From Deltaproteobacteria bacterium (GTDB taxonomy: Bacteria > Bdellovibrionota_C > UBA2361 > OMII01): DNA of 64,000 nucleotides. The notes below the pieces were generated by a model that had not been told where the DNA came from, searched no databases, and saw only the letters and a program-made list of their open reading frames with translations. The first letter of the stretch is position 1; the number at the start of each line of letters is the position of its first letter. The position numbers were made by a program, and so were the translations under genes. Shown here in pieces: positions 1-9,204 of the stretch. Where the stretch lies: positions 8,006 to 72,005 of the forward strand of contig CANLJX010000001.1 of NCBI GenBank assembly GCA_947491545.1. The letters are read 5' to 3'.

Positions 1-863
1 CATCGACTCACCCATCGTTTTCGTTTGATACCCTCACAGTTCCAGAAGCTCAGAGCCTGGAGCTTCCAGTTCAAGAAGGGTGCTTTGATTCGGCCGATGA
101 TGCCTTCGCCGCAGCCTACGGGTTGCGCCGTACCGAACTCTCTCGGGCCGAGGAAGAGGTTTTTTCAGCAGTCCTGGGTGGTCTGAGCGAGGCCTGCCTT
201 GCTTCCTTAAGTCCTCTCTCAGGGGGGGGCGTTCCCGAAGAAGAGTCGATAGTGGTGCCGCAAATACAGCTCCGTTGTAGCCCACCGTTTAAAAACGAGG
301 CTGGAGCTAGGGTGCTCTGGATAGAGAGTTCGTGCCCCGAAACAGGAGAAGCGTTGCTTCCTGACATCGCATGGCTGACCGAAGGCTTGCCCGAAGGGAT
401 GGCTGAATCGCGGGGTGGCTGTGTGTGGGAGCGGTTCAGCCAGGGCAACGCTCGCCTGACTCTGGAGTTCGACCCCGATCGAGGTGGGGGATTCTCGTTG
501 CGTCCATGGATTGCGCGGGAATGTGCCGAGGAGGCGCTGCGCCACATGACTCTCTCTATCCGGACACGCGGAGCAGCAGGACCGTCGGCTCTGCACCTTG
601 TGCTCGTCGAGGGCGCAAGCTCGGTGCTTCGTGAAGCCGGAGTGCCGCTCCCAAGAGATCTCTCTATGACTTCGTTGGCTCGCGAGATCGATCTACGCCC
701 TCTGAAGTTCTCCTGTAATACCCAGGGGAGCACCTCTTACGACTTCGAGTTGTACCGAAGGGGATGGCGGGCACGAGGCTCCACGCTGCAGCTTTCGGCC
801 TCCTTCGGCCTTACTTCTCAGGGCGGGTACGGGCTACATACGCTCGTTGTAACCGAGAGCTGA
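1..863 (+). CDS. hypothetical protein (5' partial; reading frame is open from the window edge)
   Basis: Frame 3 has no stop from nt 3 to the TGA at 861-863, so the listed 123..863 ORF (TTG start) is probably the 3' part of a longer gene. Balanced amino-acid composition, unlike the overlapping antisense ORF 116..733. No recognisable motif. Confidence 0.4.
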   Translation, partial: STHPSFSFDTLTVPEAQSLELPVQEGCFDSADDAFAAAYGLRRTELSRAEEEVFSAVLGGLSEACLASLSPLSGGGVPEEESIVVPQIQLRCSPPFKNEAGARVLWIESSCPETGEALLPDIAWLTEGLPEGMAESRGGCVWERFSQGNARLTLEFDPDRGGGFSLRPWIARECAEEALRHMTLSIRTRGAAGPSALHLVLVEGASSVLREAGVPLPRDLSMTSLAREIDLRPLKFSCNTQGSTSYDFELYRRGWRARGSTLQLSASFGLTSQGGYGLHTLVVTES

Positions 864-866
864 AAC

Positions 867-2225
867 TCACGACGGCGTCGCAAACGACTCGTCCACGTCG
901 ACATCAACGATAATCTTCGACTCAACCAGGAAGCGGTACAGGTGCTGGTTCACGTGCGCCAGCGAAAGATTTCCTGCTCGCACCATGCCGGATGCCGGGA
1001 AAGAGATGCGGCTGGTGTTAAAGTTCACGAGCTCTAGGTACGAAGAGAAGAGCTTTGATTCCACGGGGTACACGAGCAGGTGCACCCGCTGCTGAAAGAG
1101 ACGAGCGGAGGCTTCGAGCACTCCGCCACTGAGCAGAGCGTACCGATCATCCTCAAGCAGCAGTGGAAGGAGGGCGGAGCTGACCACGAAGCCAAAGGGG
1201 GAGCTTGAGTACCGGCGCAGGTATTGAGTGAGGTGGAAGAACTGTGAGTAGGTGCTCACCAAGATGTTGTGATGCTGCTTCGAGAGCTGCTCTACGACAT
1301 CGAGCACCTCCTCGTCCGTCGACTGTTGGGTGCGCAAGATGTTGTTTAGCGAGAGCTCAAGGACGTACGCAGCTTCCTTCTCGGCGCCCTCGCCAAAGGA
1401 CCGGAGCTTCGCATTACACTGCGCCGCTAAGTCAGGAAACATGTGATGTAAAGCGCGGAAAGAGCCGCGCTCTAGCAAGATCGGGCGCTTGTGGAAAAAT
1501 TCGGTCGGCGGAAGAGGTCGCTGGTCCGAGTCGAACAGGATGGCATTGGCGAGCCCCTTGCGCAGCAGCGCGATGGTAACGAGTCGAGGATCGAGCCCCG
1601 CGAAGAGCGGACCCGAAAGCTCGATGTAGTCAATTTCAACCCTTCCCCCAGCAAGCGAGTCGAGCAGGCTGGGAAGTAGCGCATTGATATCTCCGCTCAG
1701 GTAGAAGGCACCGTACGCAAGGTTCACTCCCAGGACACCGAGGGCTTCTGACTGCCGCATCGAGTCTTGATCGGTCATGTTTACATGCAGGATTATCTGG
1801 CTCGGCTCGGCTTTAGGGCTTCCCTGGAAGCGGATCCCTATCCATCCGTGGCTCTCGTTAGTTCCGGCGAAGTTCCGCGCGGAGACGGTGTCGGCGATTG
1901 TGAAAAATCCGGTCTCAGCTCCACGCGGGGGCCCTAGCCGTTCAATCAGCAGGCTGAACTCGTGTGCGAGCATCGAGATGAGGCGCTCCTTGGATACGTA
2001 GCGTGAGGCCTTGCCGTAGATGTTGTCGCTCACGAGCATGTCGTACGCCGACATCGACTTGGCGATCGTGCCGGAGGCGGCGCCGACACGGAAGAACCAG
2101 CTCGCTATCTCCTGGCCGGCTCCGATCTCGGCGATTGTGCCGTAGCGCTGTGGGTCGAGGTTAATGTGGAGTGCCTTGTGGTGAGGATCCAGGGGGTCTG
2201 TATTGAGCTTTGCACCTGACGTCAT
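867..2225 (-). CDS. conserved hypothetical protein, 452 aa
   Basis: Long ORF with normal composition. It is the last gene of an apparent minus-strand operon (sigma factor, small protein, this gene). No motif recognised. Several family guesses were tested mentally against known N-termini and rejected. Confidence 0.6.
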   Translation of the reverse strand: MTSGAKLNTDPLDPHHKALHINLDPQRYGTIAEIGAGQEIASWFFRVGAASGTIAKSMSAYDMLVSDNIYGKASRYVSKERLISMLAHEFSLLIERLGPPRGAETGFFTIADTVSARNFAGTNESHGWIGIRFQGSPKAEPSQIILHVNMTDQDSMRQSEALGVLGVNLAYGAFYLSGDINALLPSLLDSLAGGRVEIDYIELSGPLFAGLDPRLVTIALLRKGLANAILFDSDQRPLPPTEFFHKRPILLERGSFRALHHMFPDLAAQCNAKLRSFGEGAEKEAAYVLELSLNNILRTQQSTDEEVLDVVEQLSKQHHNILVSTYSQFFHLTQYLRRYSSSPFGFVVSSALLPLLLEDDRYALLSGGVLEASARLFQQRVHLLVYPVESKLFSSYLELVNFNTSRISFPASGMVRAGNLSLAHVNQHLYRFLVESKIIVDVDVDESFATPS

Positions 2226-2289
2226 GGCGCGATCGTATCTGATGGTGCAACTTGGCGGAACGGCAAAAGAGCGGGAGAGCGACTAGGTG

Positions 2290-2631
2290 CTACTTCTTCT
2301 TGGGGGGCTCTGCCGACTCAATGAGCGAGGCATCGATCACCATCTTCACTGCCTGCTCAACAATGGCCCGTTGGCTCTTGGGAATGACTCCCTGCGCCGC
2401 GAGCTTCTCCGCCTCTTCTGAGACGAGGCTCATCAGCTTGTCTCGCTGTTCAAGAGTGATGGCACCCAGCGCGCCAGCTCCTCCGACGCGTGAAACGCCA
2501 GAGACACCCTTAACAGATGTGGCGCCCTTAACCTTCTCAATCTCGGATACTGACTCAGTGCCTTTGACGCCCTTGGTCGAACCAGAGGACCCGACTGCGC
2601 CAACTTTCTTGTCGTCTTTATTCTTGCCCAT
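2290..2631 (-). CDS. small protein with Gly/Ser/Lys-rich disordered N-terminus and helical C-terminus; candidate anti-sigma factor (FlgM-like by position only)
   Basis: 113-aa ORF 28 nt downstream of the FliA-like sigma factor on the same strand. N-terminal half is KVGAVGSSGSTKGVKG-type low complexity; C-terminal half is predicted helical. The overlapping plus-strand ORF 2252..2635 is Ser/Pro/Thr-rich antisense-type junk. Confidence 0.5.
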   Translation of the reverse strand: MGKNKDDKKVGAVGSSGSTKGVKGTESVSEIEKVKGATSVKGVSGVSRVGGAGALGAITLEQRDKLMSLVSEEAEKLAAQGVIPKSQRAIVEQAVKMVIDASLIESAEPPKKK

Positions 2632-2659
2632 CTGATGGCCTCGCTCCGTTGGTTATCTG

Positions 2660-3451
2660 TTATCCTGATGCTTTTCGCAACGCGTCGGTGAATGGCCCCT
2701 TTGAGCCATCTCCTTTGAGCTTCGTCATCAGCGGCCTTAGTCCAGGCCGGATTTTTGGCGCGGGTGCAGGCTTCCCCTGCGCCATGCTCTTCTGCAGGTA
2801 CGCAATCAGAACCTTGTGCTCTCGCATCACGTTGAGTCCATCTGTCTCCCACTCGGTGGCAACGGTCCGAAGCGAAAGGCCATCCCAGTACACTTTGTAG
2901 AGGAGCCACTGGTGGACCGGCTCAAGGGCTGCCATGACACCCACCATTCGCCGGTAGTCGATTAAGTCATCAGGGAGGGGATCGCTCGAGACCGCTTGCC
3001 GCGTGGCAACGATGCTGGCTCCAACGAGGAGTTCTCTAACCGCTGCTCTCATGTCCGTGTCTTCGTTCCCAGAGGACTCTGAGACGGGCAGGCGCCCCTC
3101 ACGCATCTCGGGGAAGACCCCATACAGCTCTGCGGAGATCTCTCGCGCCTTGGCTTCAACTGCGGTCTTGTTTGCAGTGCTGCGGGTCCAGCCCTTCGAT
3201 TTTCTGGCGGCGTCGGTAGATGCCTCGTGAATTCGCTTGCGGGCGTAACCCTTAAACGGAATTCCGCGGGTAGGATCGAAGCGGCGCGAACAAAAGATGA
3301 GCGCCTCCATCGCGGCGCCATCGAGACCGTCCAGCCGCCAATCTAGGCTCCAGGCTCGCGCTACGCTCCGGGCGATGCTTTCAGCCCATCCGTAGTGCTC
3401 CACGACCAGGTTGTTTGCTTCTTCTTCTGTCAGGGTTTGTCGTTCGGCCAC
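2660..3451 (-). CDS. RNA polymerase sigma factor, sigma-70 family (FliA/sigma-28-like)
   Basis: Region 2 reads VARAWSLDWRLDGLDGAAMEALIFCSRRFDPTRGIPFKGYARKRIHEA. The C-terminal region 4 HTH reads LSLRTVATEWETDGLNVMREHKVLIAYL. Length is 263 aa. Confidence 0.8.
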   Translation of the reverse strand: MAERQTLTEEEANNLVVEHYGWAESIARSVARAWSLDWRLDGLDGAAMEALIFCSRRFDPTRGIPFKGYARKRIHEASTDAARKSKGWTRSTANKTAVEAKAREISAELYGVFPEMREGRLPVSESSGNEDTDMRAAVRELLVGASIVATRQAVSSDPLPDDLIDYRRMVGVMAALEPVHQWLLYKVYWDGLSLRTVATEWETDGLNVMREHKVLIAYLQKSMAQGKPAPAPKIRPGLRPLMTKLKGDGSKGPFTDALRKASG

Positions 3452-3724
3452 GTGCAGTTCGAATCCTTTCAGCAGTCTCTCTTGCGGGGGTATTCCCCGT
3501 GGTTCCTGCTCTCCCCACGATAACTATCGGCAAGCACTCGCCAAAACCTTTAGCTAGCACCGGCTTATACCCCTCAGGATACCCCATAAGGTAGCGGTTC
3601 CAAATACTTAACTTTTTCAGAAGCAGTTTGGGGAGGCAGGTGGATAAGGGGGAGAACGCCGCACAGACAACGAAAAACGTGGCGGGAAGGTTTTGGTTCT
3701 ACTCAAGAAAACGAGGGTGGCACG

Positions 3725-4615
3725 ATGCGGGTAGCTTCAGTCAGAGAGATTTCAAAGCAAGAGAAAGCAGGAAACGCTCGGGTGCGTGGCGGCGCTAAGG
3801 CCGCAAAGCCTGGGTCGAAGACGAAGCTGCGGCTCGTCAAGCCAGCTCAGAAAGGCGATGGTTCGCCGACTCCGCTTCAGCAGGAAGCGCTGATTCTTAA
3901 GTATCGTCTCAAGGCCCGCAAACTCGGTCGCAGCATCTTGCGGCGCTGGCACGCCCGCATGGACCTGGACGAGGTAGACAGCCTAGTGGATCTTTCCCTG
4001 TGTGAGGCCGTAAAGCGCTTCAACCCGTCGAAGGGCGCAAGCTTTATGACGTTCCTGTTCTACCACCTGAAAGGCAACCTGGTTCGCTCCGTTGCAGCAG
4101 CGGCAGCTTCTTCGGCTCTTCCGACAGCGCTACTCGCTGATGGCGAGGGCGCTCCGCTCAGTGGTGAGCTGATGGGGGAGCTTAGCCTGCGCGGCCTGAA
4201 CTCGGCCGAGATTGCTGAAGCGATTTCAAGCCAAGACTCACCACAGCCGGATGATGTGCTGTGGAAGAAGCAGCTTCACAGCCAGAGCTCTCTCGCTTGC
4301 GAGAAGCTGGACGCCCTTGAGCAGGAGATCATCAAGCGAATCTTCATCCAAGAGCAGCAGATAATGGATATCGCCACTTCGCTCGGCTACAGCCGCTGCC
4401 ACATATCGCGCGTCAAGAAGAAGGCTCTGGAGACCCTGTACGACGAGCTGCGTGGAGCGATGAACCAGGATGACCTCGGTCAGCGTCCGTCGTTCGACGA
4501 TGATTCTGACGAGGACGTTGAGCAGCGCCTCCAGAGCCGCAAGGCCATTCACCGTCGCCGGCCCCGTTCGCGCGCAGCAAAGCAGGAGCCGTTCCTGCCA
4601 GCTCGTGCCGCGTAA
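3725..4615 (+). CDS. RNA polymerase sigma factor, sigma-70 family (FliA-like paralog with Lys/Ala-rich N-terminal extension)
   Basis: Region 2 reads DSLVDLSLCEAVKRFNPSKGASFMTFLFYHLKGNLVRSV. Region 4 reads EQEIIKRIFIQEQQIMDIATSLGYSRCHISRVKKKALETL. It is divergent from the sigma factor at 2660..3451. Confidence 0.8.
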   Translation: MRVASVREISKQEKAGNARVRGGAKAAKPGSKTKLRLVKPAQKGDGSPTPLQQEALILKYRLKARKLGRSILRRWHARMDLDEVDSLVDLSLCEAVKRFNPSKGASFMTFLFYHLKGNLVRSVAAAAASSALPTALLADGEGAPLSGELMGELSLRGLNSAEIAEAISSQDSPQPDDVLWKKQLHSQSSLACEKLDALEQEIIKRIFIQEQQIMDIATSLGYSRCHISRVKKKALETLYDELRGAMNQDDLGQRPSFDDDSDEDVEQRLQSRKAIHRRRPRSRAAKQEPFLPARAA

Positions 4616-4647
4616 CGGCCACCGTTCCTACAGTCGTCGCGTTGAGC

Positions 4648-5340
4648 TTACGCCCTAGGGAGCTTTCGCTCTGTCCGAGCCACTTTCGGAATCGAGATAA
4701 TATGCCGGTCGATCTCGCTTCCGGGAATTCTCACAGCCAGGACCCGCGGTTCGCCGCCACCGAGAGCCCTTAACAGCCCCTCGCTCCCCTCCATCTCCTG
4801 TTCGTAGCCGCTGCCTTTGAGGGCGATAGCCACGCCTCCTGGCTTTACCAGCGGCAGCATCCATTCGATCAGGGCGGGGTAGGGCGCCACCGCACGAGAG
4901 GTAACGACATCGTAACGCTCTCGGTGCTGGGGGTCGTGGGCGATCTTTTCAGCGCGAGCGTGGAGCCCTGAGACGTTTGCGAGACCGCATGATGCAGCCG
5001 CTTCGGCTGCGAAGCGCACCTTCTTCCCCGTCGAGTCGAGCAGCGTCATGCGGGTATCGGGACGTAGGGCTGCCAGCGGCACTCCCGGAAAACCCGCCCC
5101 TGTGCCGATGTCGATAATCGAAAGACCGCTATCTGAGGGGAGTGCCGCCAGGGCTGCCAACGAGTCAAGCAGGTGAAGCTTCACGAAATCGGCGCGAGGG
5201 ATTCGAGTCAGGTTGAATGACCGGTTGGTTTCTTCAAGCAGATCAAGGAAGCGCAGCAGCGAGTCTAGCTGTTCCGCTCTAGCTTGTAGCCCCAGCTGCG
5301 CTACTCCGTTGTTCAGTTCCTGTCGCTCGTCGTTAGTCAC
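4648..5340 (-). CDS. rsmG: 16S rRNA (guanine527-N7)-methyltransferase RsmG
   Basis: NLTRIPRADFVKLHLLDS and IIDIGTGAGFPGVPLA SAM-binding motifs. Start refined to the GTG at 5340-5338, preceded by GGAGAG 5 nt upstream. The ORF track's TTG at 5376 would add 12 residues. Overlaps the upstream gene's stop by 8 nt. Confidence 0.85.
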   Translation of the reverse strand: MTNDERQELNNGVAQLGLQARAEQLDSLLRFLDLLEETNRSFNLTRIPRADFVKLHLLDSLAALAALPSDSGLSIIDIGTGAGFPGVPLAALRPDTRMTLLDSTGKKVRFAAEAAASCGLANVSGLHARAEKIAHDPQHRERYDVVTSRAVAPYPALIEWMLPLVKPGGVAIALKGSGYEQEMEGSEGLLRALGGGEPRVLAVRIPGSEIDRHIISIPKVARTERKLPRA

Positions 5341-6532
5341 ACACCCTCTCCGCAAGGACGATCCACGGCTTGCCACGCCACGGAAAAAGAAAGACTACAC
5401 CGAAGGAAGCGTCGTGAGAATGCTCTGGAAGGCGCATGTCGCGGCGCACCTCCTCCGGATCCAGCTGCATGGAGCGCTTCTTGAACTCAGTTCGGTTGGT
5501 CCAGCCGAGCCGCTTGAGGTGAGTCTTGAGCTGTTTTGGCTGAAACGGAAAGTCCTCAAGGATTCTGAAGCGCGTAAGGAACGGCGATGCAGCAGGGAGC
5601 GATTCGGCAACACCGTACGCCACGTTTTCATCGACCAGCCGAGCGCCATGCTGCGAAAAGAAAGAGGAGAGAAACTGTGAGCGGTTTACTGTGGCGTGCG
5701 CCTCTAGGAGAGCTCCGCGCAGCTCAGAGGCGAGCTCGGCGGGCTGATGAGTGGGTGGCGGGGGCCACTGCGCGCCGCAGTCAGCCAGCACAACGCTGGA
5801 GTCAGCTACCGGCGCGCCGCGCCAAAGCGTCTGCTCGAGGCACTCCGAGCCCACCCCGACGAATTGGCGGGCCCATCCGGGTGGGCAGGGCTCGACGAAG
5901 AGCCCTGGGCTTACCTTGATTGCACACAGCCGAGGAAGTGCCAGGGAGAGGAGCCAAGAGAGAGGCGGTGAGTAGTCTTCGGCATCCTTTACTCGCTCCC
6001 CATCTCGGCGGCGCCGGGCTGGGTCTGCGAAGAGGGCATCACACGTTGAGAGAGCTGCGGGAACGAGGTCCTGTGCGGAGCCGACGAGGAAGGTCACATT
6101 CGATAGCCCTAGGACCTCTAGGTTGCGGCGGGCAAGCTCAGAGGTTGCAGGGTCCGACTCTACAGTTGTGACGTGTTCACAGACTCGCGCGAGGGCTGCG
6201 GTGTCGCAGCCGGAGCCCGTCCCGATCTCCAGCACATGCGAGCAGCCAGAGAAGAGCGAAGCGCGCCAGGTGGCAACCGTCGAGCGGGAGGATTGCTCAA
6301 GCACGGCGCGAGCGACGAAGCCGCTGGCGGCCCATGCGCCTAGCTTCTCGGCCGCCTGAGGGCGGGAGGCTGCTATCTCGGCAGCCAAGACGAGCACCTC
6401 CTGTGTTGCAGAAGGGAAGCGCTTCTTGAGCTTTAACACCAGCGCCCCGAGGTCGCAGCCGGCTAGCTCGGCCTCGATGTAGGCAAGAGCCTGGTCCAGC
6501 GTGGCGTTGGTGTCTTCTGGCGGAGTTTGCAT
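5333..6532 (-). CDS. class I SAM-dependent methyltransferase (THUMP-like N-terminus family)
   Basis: VLEIGTGSGCDTAALA glycine-rich SAM motif, and the acidic DALFADP motif that typically follows it. About 400 aa. Stop overlaps the rsmG start. Confidence 0.7.
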   Translation of the reverse strand: MQTPPEDTNATLDQALAYIEAELAGCDLGALVLKLKKRFPSATQEVLVLAAEIAASRPQAAEKLGAWAASGFVARAVLEQSSRSTVATWRASLFSGCSHVLEIGTGSGCDTAALARVCEHVTTVESDPATSELARRNLEVLGLSNVTFLVGSAQDLVPAALSTCDALFADPARRRRDGERVKDAEDYSPPLSWLLSLALPRLCAIKVSPGLFVEPCPPGWARQFVGVGSECLEQTLWRGAPVADSSVVLADCGAQWPPPPTHQPAELASELRGALLEAHATVNRSQFLSSFFSQHGARLVDENVAYGVAESLPAASPFLTRFRILEDFPFQPKQLKTHLKRLGWTNRTEFKKRSMQLDPEEVRRDMRLPEHSHDASFGVVFLFPWRGKPWIVLAERVCD

Positions 6533-6599
6533 CTGCTCGAATGTTTGTCGCTTAACTAGGGGTGATTGTGAGCGAGAGGACGACGGGAAGCAACAGCGC

Positions 6600-7532
6600 T
6601 TACTCCACGCGCTGCGGCTCGACTCCAGCCTCTTCGGGCGAGTCTGGAAGTTTCGCCCAGGTCTTTAGGCTATCGCCGAGCTTCTCCTCGAAGTCTGCGA
6701 GGGAGAGACCGAAGGCGGACTCAAAGGCCAGGGGTCGCTCGACCCCTTTTCGAAGCAACGAGAGGTAATCGCCGATCCGCTTAAAGCCGAAGGCTTTGAT
6801 CATCGCCTTGGAAGCTAGCAGCGACTGTGCGTAGGCGGCCGGAACCATTGCTGGCTCAAGCTTAGTGAAGCCACCCTGGAGCCGATCGAGAGGAACGGGG
6901 TCGTGGTGTTTCAGCCAGCTCTTGAGGGCTTTGCGCAGGGCTGGGTGCTCCTGCCCTTCCGCCCACTGGGCGATCCCCTCGTCGAGCCAGCCGGGGATCT
7001 GGCCTCCCGACATTGACGACAGGACCGCGTGGGTGAACTCGTGCCGAACTGAGCGGTCGAGATTGTCGATGTCGATCGGCTTCGTATTTGAGAGAGGAAT
7101 GATGATCTCGCCACGAAAGAACATCGCATTAGTCCAGGTCGGAGCCCCGGTGAGGTCGTAGAAAGCATCTTCGTCCATGAGCCGGATGGCGGTGCTGAAC
7201 GCTGGTATCCTCTCAAAGCGTTCGGTGTACTCGTTGTGGGTGCGGTTGAGCGACACAACCAGCTCTTCGGCGAGGTCGCTCCAGCGCGAGGGGGAGATGA
7301 GGGTTAGTTTGCTGCCGTCCGCGAGGTCAAGCGGGGTGAAGCGCAACGAAGAGTCTCCGTCGGCTGGAGCAGCGAAGCGTGCGCGCTCGTCAGAGCTTTT
7401 TGAGTCGGCTGCCGCGATCCCCACGTAGAGCAGGAAGCCTAGAGCTAGCGCTGATAGCAGCGAGCCCAGGTACCCCCTCATAATCTCAGCCAGTGGCCGG
7501 TGTGGCATGGCAGCTCCTCGTTGGTGAGTCAA
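6600..7532 (-). CDS. membrane-anchored zinc metallopeptidase, MA (gluzincin)-like
   Basis: HEFTH (HExxH) followed about 20 aa later by DEGIAQWAEG (third-ligand Glu). N-terminal hydrophobic anchor LLSALALGFLLYVGIAAA. Confidence 0.65.
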   Translation of the reverse strand: MTHQRGAAMPHRPLAEIMRGYLGSLLSALALGFLLYVGIAAADSKSSDERARFAAPADGDSSLRFTPLDLADGSKLTLISPSRWSDLAEELVVSLNRTHNEYTERFERIPAFSTAIRLMDEDAFYDLTGAPTWTNAMFFRGEIIIPLSNTKPIDIDNLDRSVRHEFTHAVLSSMSGGQIPGWLDEGIAQWAEGQEHPALRKALKSWLKHHDPVPLDRLQGGFTKLEPAMVPAAYAQSLLASKAMIKAFGFKRIGDYLSLLRKGVERPLAFESAFGLSLADFEEKLGDSLKTWAKLPDSPEEAGVEPQRVE

Positions 7533-7747
7533 TCAAGGAGGGAAGGAGCGGCGGTACAGCGGTGGGCTTCTCAGACCTTCCCTCTAAGGAACCTTTCGGC
7601 ACTTTTCCGGCCTGGCATGAGGGCGGAGTGGCGCAGAGAAGCCGCTAGATGGCGGCAATTTCTGCTGCTTTTGGCGATTTGTGGTGCTAACTAGGCTTTG
7701 AAAGGGGGTCCAGCACTGCTGTCTGCTTGTGAAAACCTCCGCATTTT

Positions 7748-7757
7748 CAGTATACTG
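7748..7757. promoter_or_regulatory. perfect 10-bp palindrome CAGTATACTG upstream of the Fe-S carrier gene; candidate transcription-factor operator
   Basis: Seen directly in the sequence, about 130 nt upstream of the ATG at 7890. A CAAACGTA direct repeat at 7856-7863 and 7870-7877 lies between it and the RBS. Confidence 0.3.
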
Positions 7758-7889
7758 ACAGTGTTAGCGCAGGTTTAACGATCAGAGTCTAAGCTGTTCC
7801 AAAGGGTCTCAAAGAGGCTCTTTTCAGCCAGGCGACCGGCGCATATCCGTCAATTCAAACGTAGAAGTCCAAACGTAAAGGGAAGTGTT

Positions 7890-8318
7890 ATGGGTTCATG
7901 TGGAAGTTCGTCTTGCGGTAGCGGTTGCGGCCCGAAGAATGTTGCTCCGGAGCAGACTGGAGAGGCTATCGACGGCTTCACCGGCACAGAGGAGAAGCCA
8001 GTGCTCTTCACTGCTGCAGCGGCTGATGCGGTAGCAAAGGCGCTCAAGGAAGAGGGCGAGGCTGGAGACTTCTTGAGAGTTTCCGTTGTTGGTGGCGGAT
8101 GCTCCGGCTACCAGTACGGTCTCGATTTCGACAAAGAAGAGCGCATGGGCGACATCGCCTTGGAGTTCGATGGCGTAAAGGTCGTCGTTGATCCGGTGAG
8201 CGCGGGCTACCTACGCGGCACGGTGGTAGACTACGTCACTGGCCTGCACGGCACGGGATTTCAGTTTAAGAACCCGAATGCCAAGCGCACCTGCGGATGC
8301 GGTAGCTCGTTTAGCTAA
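7890..8318 (+). CDS. iron-sulfur cluster insertion/carrier protein, HesB/IscA/ErpA family, with Cys-rich N-terminal extension
   Basis: C-terminal CGCGSSF plus the internal GGGCSGYQY motif. RBS AAAGGGAAG upstream. The N-terminus MGSCGSSSCGSGCG adds four extra cysteines. Confidence 0.85.
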   Translation: MGSCGSSSCGSGCGPKNVAPEQTGEAIDGFTGTEEKPVLFTAAAADAVAKALKEEGEAGDFLRVSVVGGGCSGYQYGLDFDKEERMGDIALEFDGVKVVVDPVSAGYLRGTVVDYVTGLHGTGFQFKNPNAKRTCGCGSSFS

Positions 8319-8343
8319 GGCGAGGTAAAGCGTAAGCTTGAAA

Positions 8344-8380
8344 GGCCGGCGCTGGGGCAACCCAGGCCGGCTTTTTTCTT
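8344..8380 (+). terminator. rho-independent terminator
   Basis: GGCCGGCGCTGGGG-CAA-CCCAGGCCGGC hairpin followed by TTTTTT, directly after the Fe-S carrier gene. Confidence 0.7.
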
Positions 8381-8487
8381 GGTAAGGGGCTTGCTGCGAG
8401 CATCCCGGACGGCTCAATCAAGCCCATTGCCTGGTTTGGGCGGAAACAGGAAAATGAAGGGGTTTTTGAGAAAGCGACAGTGGCTGT

Positions 8488-8994
8488 ATGAAAAAATCTT
8501 GCATCCTCTCTCTAATCGTCATCCTTCAGGTGACTGCCTGTAGCTTGAGCGGGAGCCCCAAGGGGTCGATCGCGGACGTTGTTGGAGCATCGCAGCACGG
8601 ACTTGAGGTTGCAGCGACCACTGAGGACCTTGCACGCAGCGAGGTGCTACAGAGCCCAACAGATTTCGACGTGACTATCGAGCAAGACCGCTACGCCTGG
8701 GAGCGAACGCACCTCTTCTTGGAAAACTACGTCGAGCCGCAGCGTTCGCCGGTGCGCCCCATCACAAAGGTCGTTGGCTCCCGTTGGGGGCTAGCCAGCC
8801 CCGCAGTGCAGGGCGGCTACGTGTACGAGGTTTGGCGTGAGGCGATACCGGACGGATTTCACTACTCGGTGCGTTGCCTTTCAGCTCCCGAAGCGTCGAA
8901 GGAGCAGGCGGCGCTCAATGCAGCTAACCTGGCTCGCTTTATTCGAGATGGGAAGCTTGAGCTCTCTCTCCTCCCCGCCGCTGGCCCTCGCTAA
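8488..8994 (+). CDS. lipoprotein, function unknown
   Basis: Signal peptide MKKSCILSLIVILQVTAC with a lipobox Cys (VTAC|S). Confidence 0.6.
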   Translation: MKKSCILSLIVILQVTACSLSGSPKGSIADVVGASQHGLEVAATTEDLARSEVLQSPTDFDVTIEQDRYAWERTHLFLENYVEPQRSPVRPITKVVGSRWGLASPAVQGGYVYEVWREAIPDGFHYSVRCLSAPEASKEQAALNAANLARFIRDGKLELSLLPAAGPR

Positions 8995-9204
8995 AGCTGG
9001 CCAGATCGGAGCCGACCTGAACTCAGAGCCGAGCCTTCGGCTATACGAAAAAACACCACCCCTCCCAGCTCGTTACCGCAATAGCTTGAATCCACTGTCT
9101 CGCCCCTGGTGTCGGAAAAGGTTTAGGCCCTAAAGCTTCATCAGTACTAGGCCGACAACTCTACCGAGGGTTCCATATCGGAACCGGCAGCCGGCAGCAG
9201 CACT

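Noticed and set aside
116-733. 205-aa minus-strand ORF overlapping the first plus-strand gene
   Set aside because: Ser/Arg/Pro-rich composition typical of antisense translation of a high-GC gene. The plus-strand frame is open from the window edge and has ordinary composition.
2252-2635. 127-aa plus-strand ORF overlapping the small minus-strand gene
   Set aside because: Ser/Thr/Pro-rich antisense-type product. The minus-strand ORF fits the operon orientation of the sigma factor.
3452-3724. Sigma-28-type promoter (TAAA-N15-GCCGATAA) between the divergent sigma-factor genes
   Set aside because: Only a partial CGATAA match at about 3520 without a TAAA -35 at the right spacing. Not enough to annotate.
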